A stretch of 63,117 nucleotides of DNA, filler included, from Octopus bimaculoides (lineage: Eukaryota), in the NCBI RefSeq assembly GCF_001194135.2. It is 5 parts of 5 records of this genome, joined end to end, with 100 filler letters (N's around TTAATTAATTAA, not from the genome) between each part and the next. Parts side by side here need not be neighbours in the genome. Positions count along the whole stretch, not along the records: positions 20,891 to 38,171 come from NC_069001.1; positions 38,272 to 51,582 come from NC_068996.1; 3 more parts are not named here. One strand, given 5' to 3'. Made by a program: the position numbers and the translations under genes. Below, in pieces: positions 25,781 through 39,201 of the stretch (positions within the stretch are counted from its first letter, which is position 1; each line of letters begins with the position of its first letter). The notes beneath the pieces are model-generated. The model ran no database searches and was not told where the DNA came from. It saw only the letters and a program-made list of their open reading frames with translations.

Positions 25781-26067
25781 ATGTATCGTTTCAGGGAAAA
25801 GCGAGCACGAGAAAGGATTTTCACATTCATAAACTTCTACATTTCTTTAGTTGGCGACCCACCACAGGTCCCTTTCTAGTCGAAGTACGATTATATAGCT
25901 TTGTAAACAGCCATGAACTTTATGCAAATGATTATGACGTTGACAGAGATAGCTGGATCTATTTCGATTGAAGTGTCAAAGTAACACCAGAGACGTTGAT
26001 ACAATTTCACTTATTGACATATGTTTTTCATACTAACCAATCAACAATTCCACCCGTTCATTATCTT

Positions 26068-26460
26068 ACTCTTTTACTCTTTTACTTGTTTCAGTCATTT
26101 GACTGTGGCCATGCTGGAGCACCGCCTTTAGTCGAACAAATCGACCCCAGGACTTATTCTTTGTGAGCCTAGTACTTATTCTATCGGTCTATTTTGCCGA
26201 ACCGCTAAGTTACGGGGACCTAAACACGCCACCATCGGTTGTCAAGCGATGTTGGGGGGACACAGACAACGCAAACATACACACGCACATAATATATACA
26301 TATATACGACGGGCTGCTTTCAGTGTCCCTCTACCAAATCCACTCACAAGGCTTTGGTCGCCCCGAGGCTATAATAGAAGACACTTGCCCAAGGTGCCAC
26401 GCAGTGGGACTGAACACAGAACCATGTGGTTCGTTCGCAAGCTACTTACCACACAGCCCA
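26068..26460 (-). mobile_element. SINE family A, full length
   Basis: High similarity to 46667-47085. Confidence 0.92.
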
Positions 26461-27193
26461 TTGACATACTTTTTATCAGAGCTTCAGGTTAGAAAAAACC
26501 AAAAAAATATCTAGGATTCTTTGAATATTTCAAACCCTGGATACTCGACTAACTCTGGTTCCAGCTTGACCACATAAAATGTAGTCTCTGCTAGCGATGT
26601 CTGATATTGACTTTAGCTCTACCATGATTATATGTAAGATAATGCAAATATACTTTAAAAATCTACATAAATTCATATATACGCATATACACACATACAC
26701 GCACAAGTATATCTACGGATACACATATATATAAACGTTGATATGTGTATGCATGTAGATATATTATATATGTGTGTGTGTTTGTATCTATTTTGTTTTT
26801 AATGGATTATCTGATGCATGAAATGTCAAGAATCTGTTGGGAATTTTAATTTTTCCCTCTTTTGATGTGATTTTCAAAAGAGATCATGACATCAAAAGAA
26901 ATTTGATAAATTATATTGTATGAAGTTAACAATTTTATACAATCTTCTTACTCGCTTGTTTGTGGCATTTTGCCCAGCTAAGAAATCTTTGTTTAACTGT
27001 GTAAATGCGTCGACGACGTTTCCTGAAAATATACTCGACTAAAATAAATATTGAAATACACACACACGCACTCATTCATCCACACGCACACACATAAATA
27101 CTTTCACACACACACATAAACGCGCACAAATATATGTATATATATATTTTGTACCTACGTTGACACATACGTATATGTATTTATATATATATG

Positions 27194-27233
<40 letters not shown>

Positions 27234-27494
27234 AATATATACACACACATAAAAACACGCACACAGACATATATACATATATTCCTGTGTATATATATGT
27301 ATGTGTGTGCTCGGAGTTCGATGCGTTACATCTTCCTTCATACAACAAAGTATAAATAAAAAGGAAATGTACCAAAGCCTATATCGTAACCATTTTATAT
27401 TTATCTATCTATCTAGATAGATAGATAGATTTATAAATATATGTATATGTGTGTGTGTATATTTCTCGGAGTCTCAGTACAGTTGCTGCGTGTG

Positions 27495-27536
<42 letters not shown>

Positions 27537-27935
27537 GGCACATCGCTATACGTTATCTTCAAACAATATTTAGTGAAATATCTATTTTGTTTATACGTAG
27601 AAATCTCATCCGGTTTATGTCTAGTTTGGCTCCCACAAAACATCAGATTGTTTTTCTCGCTGTTTATTTCCACACATGGTCTTATTTAGTAAATATAAAA
27701 GAATAGATATTCCATGCGCGACATCCTCTCATTTTTCTATATTTGTAAAATATAAGCGCCTCTGTCATTTTCATTTTTACTTCCCTACAAATGAGTGATA
27801 AAAGGTCAACTAAATAATGGAAATACCTTTGGATTTTCTCTCACCATTATTACGATTTTACATTTTTTATCGGAGGTATTAATATTAAGTATTTCGAAAC
27901 CATTCGCCTTTTAAAAACTGTATTACACTCTACAC

Positions 27936-28214
27936 TAGTGATTCTAACCGGACCCAATATGACCCTTGAGATCCATATGACCCTTGTGGGTGCATATAAT
28001 ATTTTGTTTTTAAAATTTATGTGCAATAAATTACATCTATTTCTAAATTATGCAAAATATTTTAATTTTTTAAATACAATTGTTAATGATATTTTATAAT
28101 AATACAATGGAATATTGTTTTGATATTTTTGTACACGTCAAATGGTTATGACTGTCCAGCAGAAATAAATAGGTGTCGAAATGGTCCATAAGGCAATATG
28201 GTGGGGAACCACTG
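27936..28214. mobile_element. hAT (Charlie-like) MITE
   Basis: Degenerate TIRs tagtgattctaacc / ggggaaccactg; 8-bp TSD CTCTACAC (27928-27935) vs CTCTATAC (28215-28222), 7/8 identical. Confidence 0.75.
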
Positions 28215-28247
28215 CTCTATACCTTACAATTCATCCCTGAATTTGTA

Positions 28248-28461
28248 TTAGCATTTTCAACTGGCCTTATCCGATCCAAAAATTCTTACTGTTTTATGGT
28301 AAAACCAGCCAGATCTCGCGCCTCTAACACCTACCCTACTATGCCATTCTAAATATAAACAATCATATCGTTGAAATCTCCAAACTACGAGATAATACAT
28401 AATTAATTAAAAATTAATAAGAATTATATTGGACAAAATAGTGTGAATGGTAAAGTGTTAA
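28248..28461. mobile_element. Old TTAA-ended MITE-like repeat
   Basis: Ends ttagcatt.. and ..tgaatggtaaagtgttaa are partly complementary; resemblance to an octopus repeat is from recall only. Confidence 0.35.
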
Positions 28462-29270
28462 AGCAATTCCAACCGTAATTTAAACAGCTACCGTTTAGTT
28501 TAAACGAGGAAAGGTTTTTCACGATTGTATATAAGAAAAACCGTATTACTGTATTCGTTTGACGTCTTATCTGCCACATCTGGCTTCCATCACATTGGTT
28601 TTAAAAAATTAGTTATCTATGTTTGATTATGTGGTTTTAATAAGGAATTCTATTTCCGAAATAGTGAATAGAAAATAGCATTGTCATAGTAACCAAGAAC
28701 TAGACGACAAATTCCTTCGCTGCATTTTCCACATTTGGGTTGTTATAAACTTATCTGAAATCAATTCACACTTCTCTATTCCAAATCCATAAGAAAAATT
28801 GAATTCCACATTCCAAAATAAAGCACTCATCAATTTTACTTCTATAAGTACATTCGTTTCTACCTCCAATAAACCACAAAATTGATTTTGTTGTTGTTTA
28901 TTTCCAGGCATGCTCTCATTTCGTAAATAGAAAATCAAATGGATTCCATGCATGATGCTCCCATCAGTTTCGTATGTCTGGCATTACAATGTGCACTTTA
29001 AGTCCTTTTTAAGACGTCAAACTCAATTTCAGTCATCTACTATATCTAGCAAGCTAATTGACCGCATAGAGGTTCTCCTGTTGGTCCTGTCAAATCTGAT
29101 TTCATTCCGTAATAAATACGTCATTGTACGTAATACTAGTTTTGTAGTTCAATACGCCATCTCTCATTCTTTCACTCTCTCTCTTTCACATAGACACACA
29201 CAAACCCACACACACAAACACACACACACATACACACACACACTCTCTCTCTCTCTCTCTCTCTCTCTTC

Positions 29271-29307
<37 letters not shown>

Positions 29308-29384
29308 ATGTCTGACAACATTTCTAGTTAAAATCTCATTGAGCACGACTATGTATGTATGTGTGTATGTCTGTTCATGTATGT

Positions 29385-30010
29385 CATTATTCATTTTATT
29401 TCAAGATTTCTTGCACATAGAGAAAGACCCGGTGTCTAACCTAGATCCAAGGCTCCTTCATTGGAATCTCAACATCAACGACCGTGTAATTTTGTCTGTA
29501 TGTATGTATGTATGCATGTGTAGATTTGTATGTTTTATGTATGTATTCTCATGCATATAGTTCTATATCTAGACATGCTCATATATATATATTTCAATGA
29601 TAAACTTATAGAAATTCTACAGATTTTTAAAGTTCCAGTGATGGATTGGATCTCTATTTTCCGAATCAGCTTTCTCCTTTCTAGTTTTGAGAAGCCTAAT
29701 TTTTCAAAACTAGTATTTAGACAGTGTGTTACATATCCCAGGTTCCCTATAATTACAGGTATAAACCTGAACTTGTGATCTAGATAGAGTATCTGCAGAT
29801 TTCTTAACAGTTCAACGTAGATGTTCTCTTTTCACTGATCTTCAGTTTTATGTTAACCTCCGCTCTGCAGCTAATTTTTCTTTCCTATCCCAAATCATTA
29901 TATTAGGTCTGTTGTGCTTACATTTTATTGAGGTCTTCACTGGGACATTCAACCAGTATTCCTTTTTATTATGTGTGGCTATGTAGTGTAGTAGACGGCT
30001 TTTCCCAGTG
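29385..30010 (-). mobile_element. 3' end of an RLE-type LINE (same family as 14790-15395)
   Basis: Minus translation KEYWLNVPVKTSIKCKHNRPNIMIWDRKEK..NIKLKISEKENIY.ELLRNLQILY.DHKFRFIPVIIGNLGYVTHCL; PD..(D/E)..K-type RLE layout, with deletions. Confidence 0.8.
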
Positions 30011-30224
30011 AGCGACAGTTTCCCTTTCAAATGAACTCCTATTCTCCGTCCTAATACGAGATTGAGTCACAAAAGTACAACAGCTCGATTCTACATTTCT
30101 CGTAGCTTAGCTATAAAGTTTAAACTGCAAACTTCACATACACAAACCTATGAAACTGAAAACAGCACAGACTTGCAGAGACCCTAAAAGACCTTAATCT
30201 ACGGCATTAACAACAACAATAATC

Positions 30225-30435
30225 GTTTAAAATTTTGGCATAAGGAGAGCAACTTCAGGGGAGGGGCTAAGTCGATTACATCGAACGCGTTATTCATCTA
30301 CTTCTTATTTTATCGACTTCAAGATGATGAAAGTCAAATCCGATCTCGGTGGGATTTGAACTCAGAACGTAACGTCAAACGAAATACTGTTAAGCATTTC
30401 GCCTGGCGTGCTAACGTTTCTGTTAGCTTGCCGCC

Positions 30436-30471
<36 letters not shown>

Positions 30472-30620
30472 GTTTCAAATTTCTCCACAAGGGTAGCAAT
30501 TTTGGGGGAGGGAATAAGTCGATTGCATCGAGCCCATTGTTCATCTGGTACTTATTTTATCGACCCATAAAGGATGAAAGGCAACGTCGACCTCGGCGGA
30601 ATTTAAACTCGGAGCATCTC
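30225..30620 (-). mobile_element. Two SINE family B copies separated by (TAA)n at 30438-30469
   Basis: Reverse complement of the family B body, twice. Confidence 0.8.
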
Positions 30621-31089
30621 CAGCAATTTTGTTACAAATATTTTGCCACAGTGACATGTCCAGCAATTCTAAGTAGATTATAAGTACGGGTACTTTACTT
30701 AGCGATCACTAGGGTCGGTGAAAAACTAGCAGTACTAAACTCATATTCTGTCTCATTTACTCTGGCAGAACGGAAGTCATTTGTAATCTGGGTGTGATTG
30801 AACTTAATGCATTAAGTCATGAAACAAATATTTTTTCTTATGCGTGTTCGGCAAAACAACGTTATGTTCAACTGGATACTGTTACTTCGATGTGTGGGTT
30901 GAAATATTATCTTATTTCCTGTTGTTCATTCAAATTAAGAGCCTTCAATATTCCCATTATATAATTTAGAAATTTAATGTTTTTATTTGCAATACCTGAT
31001 ATATGATATATTCATTTTACTCATTAGATGAATTGATACACCCCTCTATTTCAAGTCAAAAACATTTTTATGGAATATATTATTATTTT

Positions 31090-31310
31090 GCGGAGGCGTG
31101 TGGGTCATGATCGCAAGATTGTGGTTTCGATTTCTGGACCGGCTGACGCGTTGTTTTCTTGAGCAAAACACTTCATTTTACGTTGTTCCCGTCCACTCAG
31201 CTGGTAAGAATGAGTAATCCTTCGATGGACCATTTCTGCATCAAGGTGGGGAATACATGTGCCATGGAAACCAGCCCTATGAGTATATATGACTCCAGAA
31301 GGAACCTTTT
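31090..31310 (+). mobile_element. SINE family D, diverged
   Basis: gatcgcaagattgtggtttcgat..ttcttgagcaaaacacttcatttt..gtccactcagctgg..atgagtaa..ccatggaaaccagccctatgagt. Confidence 0.75.
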
Positions 31311-31639
31311 CTTATTATTAGTTCACTCTCCTCCTTTTACTTCAGTCGTCGTTATTTCTTAACACCGTGGCAAGTACAATTATACAATGTTACAATGTTG
31401 ACGGACTGTTGAGAGCATGAAAGCAGAAACCGTAAAAAGCCAAGCATCCTTGACATTGAAATGTGATGTATTGGCAGAGAAGATTCTTATGATGATCTGA
31501 GGGATAGCTGGCCGTAATTTCTAGTTTGTTCCTCCAGAAGCTAGCAATAGCAGCCAAATCCGCACAAGAAAACTATAGAAAATTAATAAGTTCATTTAAG
31601 AATTCGCTAATTAGTCCTACTAGTTGGGCTAAATTCGAT

Positions 31640-32442
31640 GATTTTATATCCATCCCTGCTGTTTTTAGGAAAAGCTTGGCGTAAAGGTGAACAGTCAACG
31701 GCGTTGGAGAGTATGAAAATTCAAGTTCTAGTTGAAAATAAGTTCGCTGACATGGAGAAGTGGATGTTATCTGAATATTGGAAAAGAGTTACATGTATCA
31801 TGAGGATTCGCACCGGGTATGAAAATGTTTATGTGACAGCTGTTCAATACTCTGTGAACACAGTAAAGGTTGACATGGTGGGCTACAACGGAGGCTACGA
31901 TGTTGTGGCCAGCAGGAGGCAAACATTAGGCGTTCAGACTGCGCCTACACTCCGCAGTTCACCCTGCAACTTCGAACAGGGCCTAAATCTCAATTAGGGA
32001 GTCATTGTGAAGCAGCTGGAGATTGTGGTCAATTCATGGCAAAAGCGGGTTGCTACTGGAAGGCCTTATATTTGGTAGCAGGAATCTGGTCGTTGTCATA
32101 CGTCTGGAAATAGTCAGAAATGGTTTTCGGAGAATTTCGTCGGCTTTGCCAGCCCTAATTTGTAGGCTCCTATCCCCCCCCCTCCACATAGTAATCCCAT
32201 CAATTATTATGTGTGGGGCGCAGCTGGAAAAGACGCTAACCACTCAGCCTGCAAAACCAACGTCGAGTTGGTCATCAAGATCAAGGAGTTGTTCAAAGAC
32301 CGCCCCCAAAACATAGTGAGTAACGCATGCACCAGTCTCTAGAGCCTTCTTGTAGCCGTGGTGGAAGCTGATGGCGGCTACTTTGAGTGAACTGTTGTCG
32401 CCCAGTCGAAATCTAGTCATAATTTGTGGATTTTTGAAAATA
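31640..32442 (+). mobile_element. Internally deleted, decayed mariner-like (DD37D/maT-like) transposon
   Basis: N-terminal remnant SEYWKRVTCIMRIRTG..; catalytic remnant FEQGLNLN..RVATGRPYIW*QES..CHTS..SQKWFSENF..PNL*AP..NPINYYVWGA..AVVEADGGYFE*. Confidence 0.8.
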
Positions 32443-33351
32443 NNNNNNNNNNNNNNNNNNNNNNNNNNNNNNNNNNNNNNNNNNNNNNNNNNNNNNNNNN
32501 NNNNNNNNNNNNNNNNNNNNNNNNNNNNNNNNNNNNNNNNNNNNNNNNNNNNNNNNNNNNNNNNNNNNNNNNNNNNNNNNNNNNNNNNNNNNNNNNNNNN
32601 NNATATATATATATATATACACCATTAAAAAACAGTAGCATTCAGATGAATATATTTGTTCTAGGTCAGTGTAAGCAGCAACAAGGACAAATGCTTAACT
32701 GCATTCAATATCAGCGAAATTTTGGTGCAGTACTTTCTCCCTCTTGGTGTCACGAGTTCGATGTTCCACTGTATCAGAGAGACGGGAAATATAGGAAGTC
32801 AATATCTGCTCGTTATTACTAACGTTAAATCTTTTAAATATATATATAGTACTTCCTTCTAAGACACAAACGCGAGAAACGGCTGCCTAACATAAGCTAC
32901 AATGAGTCTAATGAGCCGATAAATATGAGACGGTGAATTGGGAGAGTTCGAAAGAGAAGTAGACGAAAAACCCCAGTGTCATTCTCTTCAATTCTCTGTT
33001 ATCTGCGTTCGAATCCCCGCGGAAAACTCTTAGCCTTTCTATAAATAAAATATCGAAAAATAGTTTATAAATAAAACTTCATACAAATACTGAAATGGAA
33101 TTCTCTCTCTCTGTCTTATCACTATTTCTCCGTTAACAAACACACACACACAAACACACATATATATAGTCAATTAAATGAAAAAAAAGAAACAGTAAGT
33201 TGCAAAAGAAGGAAAATCAAACAAACGTGAGGACGCAGCACAGGCGGAAGAAAGAGTAGTTGTTTTACATTTTGAGCTTAGCTCTTGTTCGAAAACAGGG
33301 AAACCCGAAGGGAAAGAAAGAGCAAAAGTCGCCAACAGTCTACGAGCGGCA

Positions 33352-33496
33352 TACGACGGGCTTCCTCCAGTTTCCGTCTACCAAATCCACCCACAAGGAT
33401 TTCGTCGGCCCAAGAATATAGTAGAAAACACTTGTCCGAGATACCACGCAATGGGACTGAAACTGGAACCATGTGGTTGGGAAGCACGCTTCTTAT
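33352..33496 (-). mobile_element. SINE family A, 5' half
   Basis: tacgacgggcttcctccagtttccgtctaccaaatccac..gggactgaaactggaaccatgtggttgg. Confidence 0.85.
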
Positions 33497-34496
33497 NNNN
33501 NNNNNNNNNNNNNNNNNNNNNNNNNNNNNNNNNNNNNNNNNNNNNNNNNNNNNNNNNNNNNNNNNNNNNNNNNNNNNNNNNNNNNNNNNNNNNNNNNNNN
33601 NNNNNNNNNNNNNNNNNNNNNNNNNNNNNNNNNNNNNNNNNNNNNNNNNNNNNNNNNNNNNNNNNNNNNNNNNNNNNNNNNNNNNNNNNNNNNNNNNNNN
33701 NNNNNNNNNNNNNNNNNNNNNNNNNNNNNNNNNNNNNNNNNNNNNNNNNNNNNNNNNNNNNNNNNNNNNNNNNNNNNNNNNNNNNNNNNNNNNNNNNNNN
33801 NNNNNNNNNNNNNNNNNNNNNNNNNNNNNNNNNNNNNNNNNNNNNNNNNNNNNNNNNNNNNNNNNNNNNNNNNNNNNNNNNNNNNNNNNNNNNNNNNNNN
33901 NNNNNNNNNNNNNNNNNNNNNNNNNNNNNNNNNNNNNNNNNNNNNNNNNNNNNNNNNNNNNNNNNNNNNNNNNNNNNNNNNNNNNNNNNNNNNNNNNNNN
34001 NNNNNNNNNNNNNNNNNNNNNNNNNNNNNNNNNNNNNNNNNNNNNNNNNNNNNNNNNNNNNNNNNNNNNNNNNNNNNNNNNNNNNNNNNNNNNNNNNNNN
34101 NNNNNNNNNNNNNNNNNNNNNNNNNNNNNNNNNNNNNNNNNNNNNNNNNNNNNNNNNNNNNNNNNNNNNNNNNNNNNNNNNNNNNNNNNNNNNNNNNNNN
34201 NNNNNNNNNNNNNNNNNNNNNNNNNNNNNNNNNNNNNNNNNNNNNNNNNNNNNNNNNNNNNNNNNNNNNNNNNNNNNNNNNNNNNNNNNNNNNNNNNNNN
34301 NNNNNNNNNNNNNNNNNNNNNNNNNNNNNNNNNNNNNNNNNNNNNNNNNNNNNNNNNNNNNNNNNNNNNNNNNNNNNNNNNNNNNNNNNNNNNNNNNNNN
34401 NNNNNNNNNNNNNNNNNNNNNNNNNNNNNNNNNNNNNNNNNNNNNNNNNNNNNNNNNNNNNNNNNNNNNNNNNNNNNNNNNNNNNNNNNNNNNNNN

Positions 34497-34542
<46 letters not shown>

Positions 34543-35519
34543 TCTCATTCTCTCTCATTTATACGCACACGCATATATATGCATATGATTCTGTATTATA
34601 TAACTTTAGGGAAATATATCAGAGCTAGACATCTGGGAATTGTACATGTAGGCGACTAGATTCCAATGAGTTAATACCACCAGAAGTTAATAACTGCGAA
34701 TGACAGACGTATCTGTGAAGTTCTATCATTTGCATAATTTATTTTTGTTATTTGTTTTATTTTGTTACAATATCAAGCTAATTTAGGATGATCAACGATA
34801 ATGCAAAGTTTGAAATTACAGTAGTTTTTTTTTCATTATATGTTTGTTTTGTTTGTGTATTGCTGGTTAGTTATCTCAGTTCTCATTAACGTAGCATAAC
34901 CAAAGCTTCTTCATACCAAAATTTCGTTCGGTGATGAAGTATTTGATGAAAACACTAAGTCTGTTTGACACATTAGTTTTGCTTTACCGAACAGACAAGA
35001 TTTCATCAAAAATCAAATTAATAAAACACAATATATCATACTAGATAGGTGATACTAACACCGAGAAGAATGTAACTTCACAGGGAGTCTACGATATATA
35101 ATGTTCACCGACTTGGGAATCTTCATATCGTTATTCGATCTGTGAGAAATATCAGCCAAGCTGCAGCAAGTTACACGCCGCCACCTCATACTACAGGCTA
35201 ATACAATCCCAAGTAGTTTGCGTCAGAGAAATAACAATTTTCATTGCTGAAACAGGGTTTAATTAGCTCCATAATAGAAATAAATATAAAAAAGAAATAG
35301 ACATATTTTTTATTTTCTGTAAATCACTCATAAATGGTTGTCAGACCATACAGCATCTATGGTATAATTGGTAACTAATTGGTAACTACAGATTGAATAA
35401 CTTCCATATTTCGAAAGTGGTTCAATGGCTTCGGTGTTTTCCTGGCTTGCCGGTATATTCTCTTTCACATTTACCACCGCCATAATCTCATCATGAAATT
35501 TATTTATGTGCCCTTTTAA

Positions 35520-35797
35520 AGCCTAGCCAGGCTCATGGGCCCGGTTTCCTGGTTTCTATGGCATATGTGTTTCCCTCTAGCTGGACGGGACGCCAGTCCA
35601 TCGCAGCTTTACTCAAGGAATAGGAAGAAAGAGTGAGAGAAAGTTGGGGCGAAAGAGTGCAACAGGAGCCGCCACCCCCACCCCTGCCGTATTTTGTGGC
35701 GCTGTAGGTATTTTCGTTCAATAAACACACACAACGCCCGGTCTGGGAATCGAAACCACGATCGTCGTCCGCTGCCCTAACCACTGGGCAATTGCAT
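35520..35797 (-). mobile_element. SINE family C head and body with an alternative tail (V-domain-like segment)
   Basis: Head matches the 6410 copy; tail gctgcgatggactggcgtcccgtccag..gaaaccgggcccatgagcc differs. Confidence 0.85.
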
Positions 35798-37107
35798 CAT
35801 GAAATTAGCCAACTTGAAATTAGTTGCAATGCGTTGTGACCTATATAATGCTGATGATTTTCAACAACTTGTCTACCATACAAGTGGTATTCCGTCGGTT
35901 ACGACGATGAGGGATCCAATTGACAACCACCAATTTCTTTGTACCTGCGACACACTTTTCTATTATCAAGTGTCTAATTCCCCCTACAACTACCCGACTT
36001 ATATTCCTATAAATACAACTGATCCTTTCTCTCTCGGCTGAAAATCTTAAATCAAACACACACAGAGAGCCTGCATAATCCTCCACCTCTTCAACTTATT
36101 TTTCTTCTTCCTGGAATAACAAACACCGTTCAAATTATAAACTTTTGCTATACTCTACACTCATTCAACGACACCCACCTCTATGAAAGATAGGAAGTAT
36201 ACCATTATGATTACGGAAATGGGTACTGATTAGGACAACATATATACATACAATCACACACAAACAATATTTTGAGGATGCCACAGGGATAACCTGATTT
36301 TCAATAATATATATATACATATATAAATATATATATTCGTATACAATTAGCGGGTATAAAAATGAGAAACAGAGATTCAAGAATACATGTGTGATAGAAA
36401 GTATACCATTATAGGTAGGATGTATACCATTATGATTGCTGGAGACAATGGGGCCAAATCCTTCATCCGGTTGACTGCTTTTATACCCAAATTTCTGTCC
36501 CACGGGCAGCATTCGTCTTTACCTATCCAGGTGTTTTTAACCTAACATTTACACGTTATCATTTATAGCATTATTTGTTTCGTTATACGCAGTTCTCAAA
36601 AAGAAATATTCCACTATCTCGAAGCTTCTAAATTCTTATTTTTATGATAGTTGCACCAGTAACCGTATCACAATAATCTCTATTTTCAATTAACAATCAA
36701 CATTCTACAGTCTTCAGTCTGTATTACATTGATTTTGATAGCGCATTTTCCATCTTCATCCCCATATATTAACTTCCTAGAATCTCCTTCTTCACATCGT
36801 ATTTACAAAGTATTTTGCCACTGTATAACATTCTGAAAAATGAAAATTACGTTTCGTCCTACTCACTATTGTCTCTTATTATAACCATTTGCAATATGGT
36901 TTCCATCGCAAAGTAATGCTTCTATGAAACTCTTTTGTTTCGTTGTTTTTCCTTTTTTTTTTTTTTGTCTTAACGAGAACCAACCATTTTCAGAAACGTT
37001 GAACTCTCAAATGTTTACCCTGTCAACCCAAACCTAATTGCCTATAATTTTTCTCCTCTGTTATGTTTAATTCTTGTAAAATATCCGATTATCGTGGGTT
37101 CAATTTC

Positions 37108-37141
<34 letters not shown>

Positions 37142-37454
37142 NNNNNNNNNNNNNNNNNNNNNNNNNNNNNNNNNNNNNNNNNNNNNNNNNNNNNNNNNNN
37201 NNNNNNNNNNNNNNNNNNNNNNNNNNNNNNNNNNNNNNNNNNNNNNNNNNNNNNNNNNNNNNNNNNNNNNNNNNNNNNNNNNNNNNNNNNNNNNNNNNNN
37301 NNNNNNNNNNNNNNNNNNNNNNNNNNNNNNNNNNNNNNNNNNNNNNNNNNNNNNNNNNNNNNNNNNNNNNNNNNNNNNNNNNNNNNNNNNNNNNNNNNNN
37401 NNNNNNNNNNNNNNNNNNNNNNNNNNNNNNNNNNNNNNNNNNNNNNNNNNNNNN

Positions 37455-37485
<31 letters not shown>

Positions 37486-38140
37486 ATGTTTAGTCAGTAA
37501 TACATTCACTATTAATTTAGTTTGTTACGGGAAGGGTGTACTCCGGATAATAAATAAACCAATAAAAGGTAAAGAGACAATGAAACCATGTTCGAAATTA
37601 ACTACCGTATTTGCTGTAGTAAATAAGAAAAAAAATTAAAACAAACAAACGGTGTTATTCAATTAGAGTGTTTACTTTCACTATACATTTACTGCTCGTT
37701 TTGACTTTTAATAGTCCATGCATTAAATATGACAATACTCACTGACCGCAGTTTCATACTTGTCCGGAACTATAAAAATAATATATCACGGTTAATCACT
37801 TAATAACTTGTATTTTGTGGCTGTATTACCTTTTGATGTTTCATGAATTATATATTCAAAGCACTCACTCACCATCTATATAGTGCGTGTTCGAAAACGT
37901 ATATCACTGAAACGATTAGTACTTAAAAGTGTTGTGCAACCTATACTTAGGATATTAAAATGCGTAGAATCAGATAGGGAAATAATAATAAGTGTATCAC
38001 TGATAGTAAAGAAACTGTAAAATTAGACTTAGCCCTTCTGGACTTCCGAAAATAAAATGCTATGACACTTCCACTTATGCGTTAAACCAATATATTATTA
38101 AAATTTGTCACTCCCTCGAAGCCTACATTTTTTAATCCTT

Positions 38141-38171
<31 letters not shown>

Positions 38172-38271
38172 NNNNNNNNNNNNNNNNNNNNNNNNNNNNN
38201 NNNNNNNNNNNNNNNTTAATTAATTAANNNNNNNNNNNNNNNNNNNNNNNNNNNNNNNNNNNNNNNNNNNN
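38172..38271. other. Scaffold-join spacer (44 N + TTAATTAATTAA + 44 N)
   Basis: Identical construct; 12-mer at 38216-38227. Confidence 0.9.
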
Positions 38272-38329
38272 TATATATATATATATATATATACACTCTC
38301 TCTCTACACACACACACATATATATATAT

Positions 38330-38496
38330 ATGTGTGTGTGTGTATATGTTTGTGTGTCTGTGTTTGCCCCCCACCACATCGATTGACAACCGATGCTGGT
38401 GTATTTATGTCCCTGTAACTTAGCGATTCGGCAAAAGAGACCGATCGAATAACTACTAGGCTTACAAATAATAAGTCCTGGGGTCGATTTGCTCGA
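38330..38496 (+). mobile_element. SINE family A, 3' half
   Basis: gtgtctgtgtttgcccccc..acaaccgatgctggtg..aagtcctggggtcgatttgctcga. Confidence 0.85.
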
Positions 38497-38506
38497 NNNN
38501 NNNNNN

Positions 38507-38543
<37 letters not shown>

Positions 38544-38574
38544 AGAGAGAGAGTGAAAGAAAGAGAAAGAGAGG

Positions 38575-38935
38575 TGCTGTTTGCACGGGTGTGTGGTAGG
38601 AAGTTTGCTTCCCAGGTACATGGTCCCAGATTCATTCCGTCTGCGTGGCACCTTGGGTACGTCTCTTCTACTACAACAGTAAGTGGAATTCGGTAGGTGG
38701 AAAGTGAAAAAAGACATACACACATACACAAGTACACACACTCACATGTGTATGTGTGTGTGTGTGGGTGTGTTGTGTTGTCTTTGGCTTGTACCCCACC
38801 ACGGTTGGACAACCAATATTAATTTATGTCACCGTAATCTAGTGGTTCAGCAAAGGAGACTACAAAAGTTAATACTAGGATAAAAAATGCACAAGGTGGT
38901 ACTCCAGCATAGCTGCAGTCTATAAATCTTGTAAA
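38575..38935 (+). mobile_element. SINE family A, diverged
   Basis: gtgtggtaggaagtttgcttccc..gtggcaccttggg..gtcttctactac..ggtggtactccagcatagctgcagtc. Confidence 0.75.
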
Positions 38936-38952
38936 AGATAGACAGACAGGCT

Positions 38953-39048
<96 letters not shown>

Positions 39049-39201
39049 TGTATGTATATTTATATAATGTGTTTAGATGTATATACATTATGTATATACA
39101 TTATGTATATATATAATGTATAAAGATATTAGTATATAAATATTAATATTTATAATTATATGAGAGTCTTGTAGTTCGCTTGAAGCATTGTGTATTGTTT
39201 G

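Noticed and set aside
28684-28953. 89-aa minus ORF
   Set aside because: AT-rich, no recognisable domain and no convincing splice pair.
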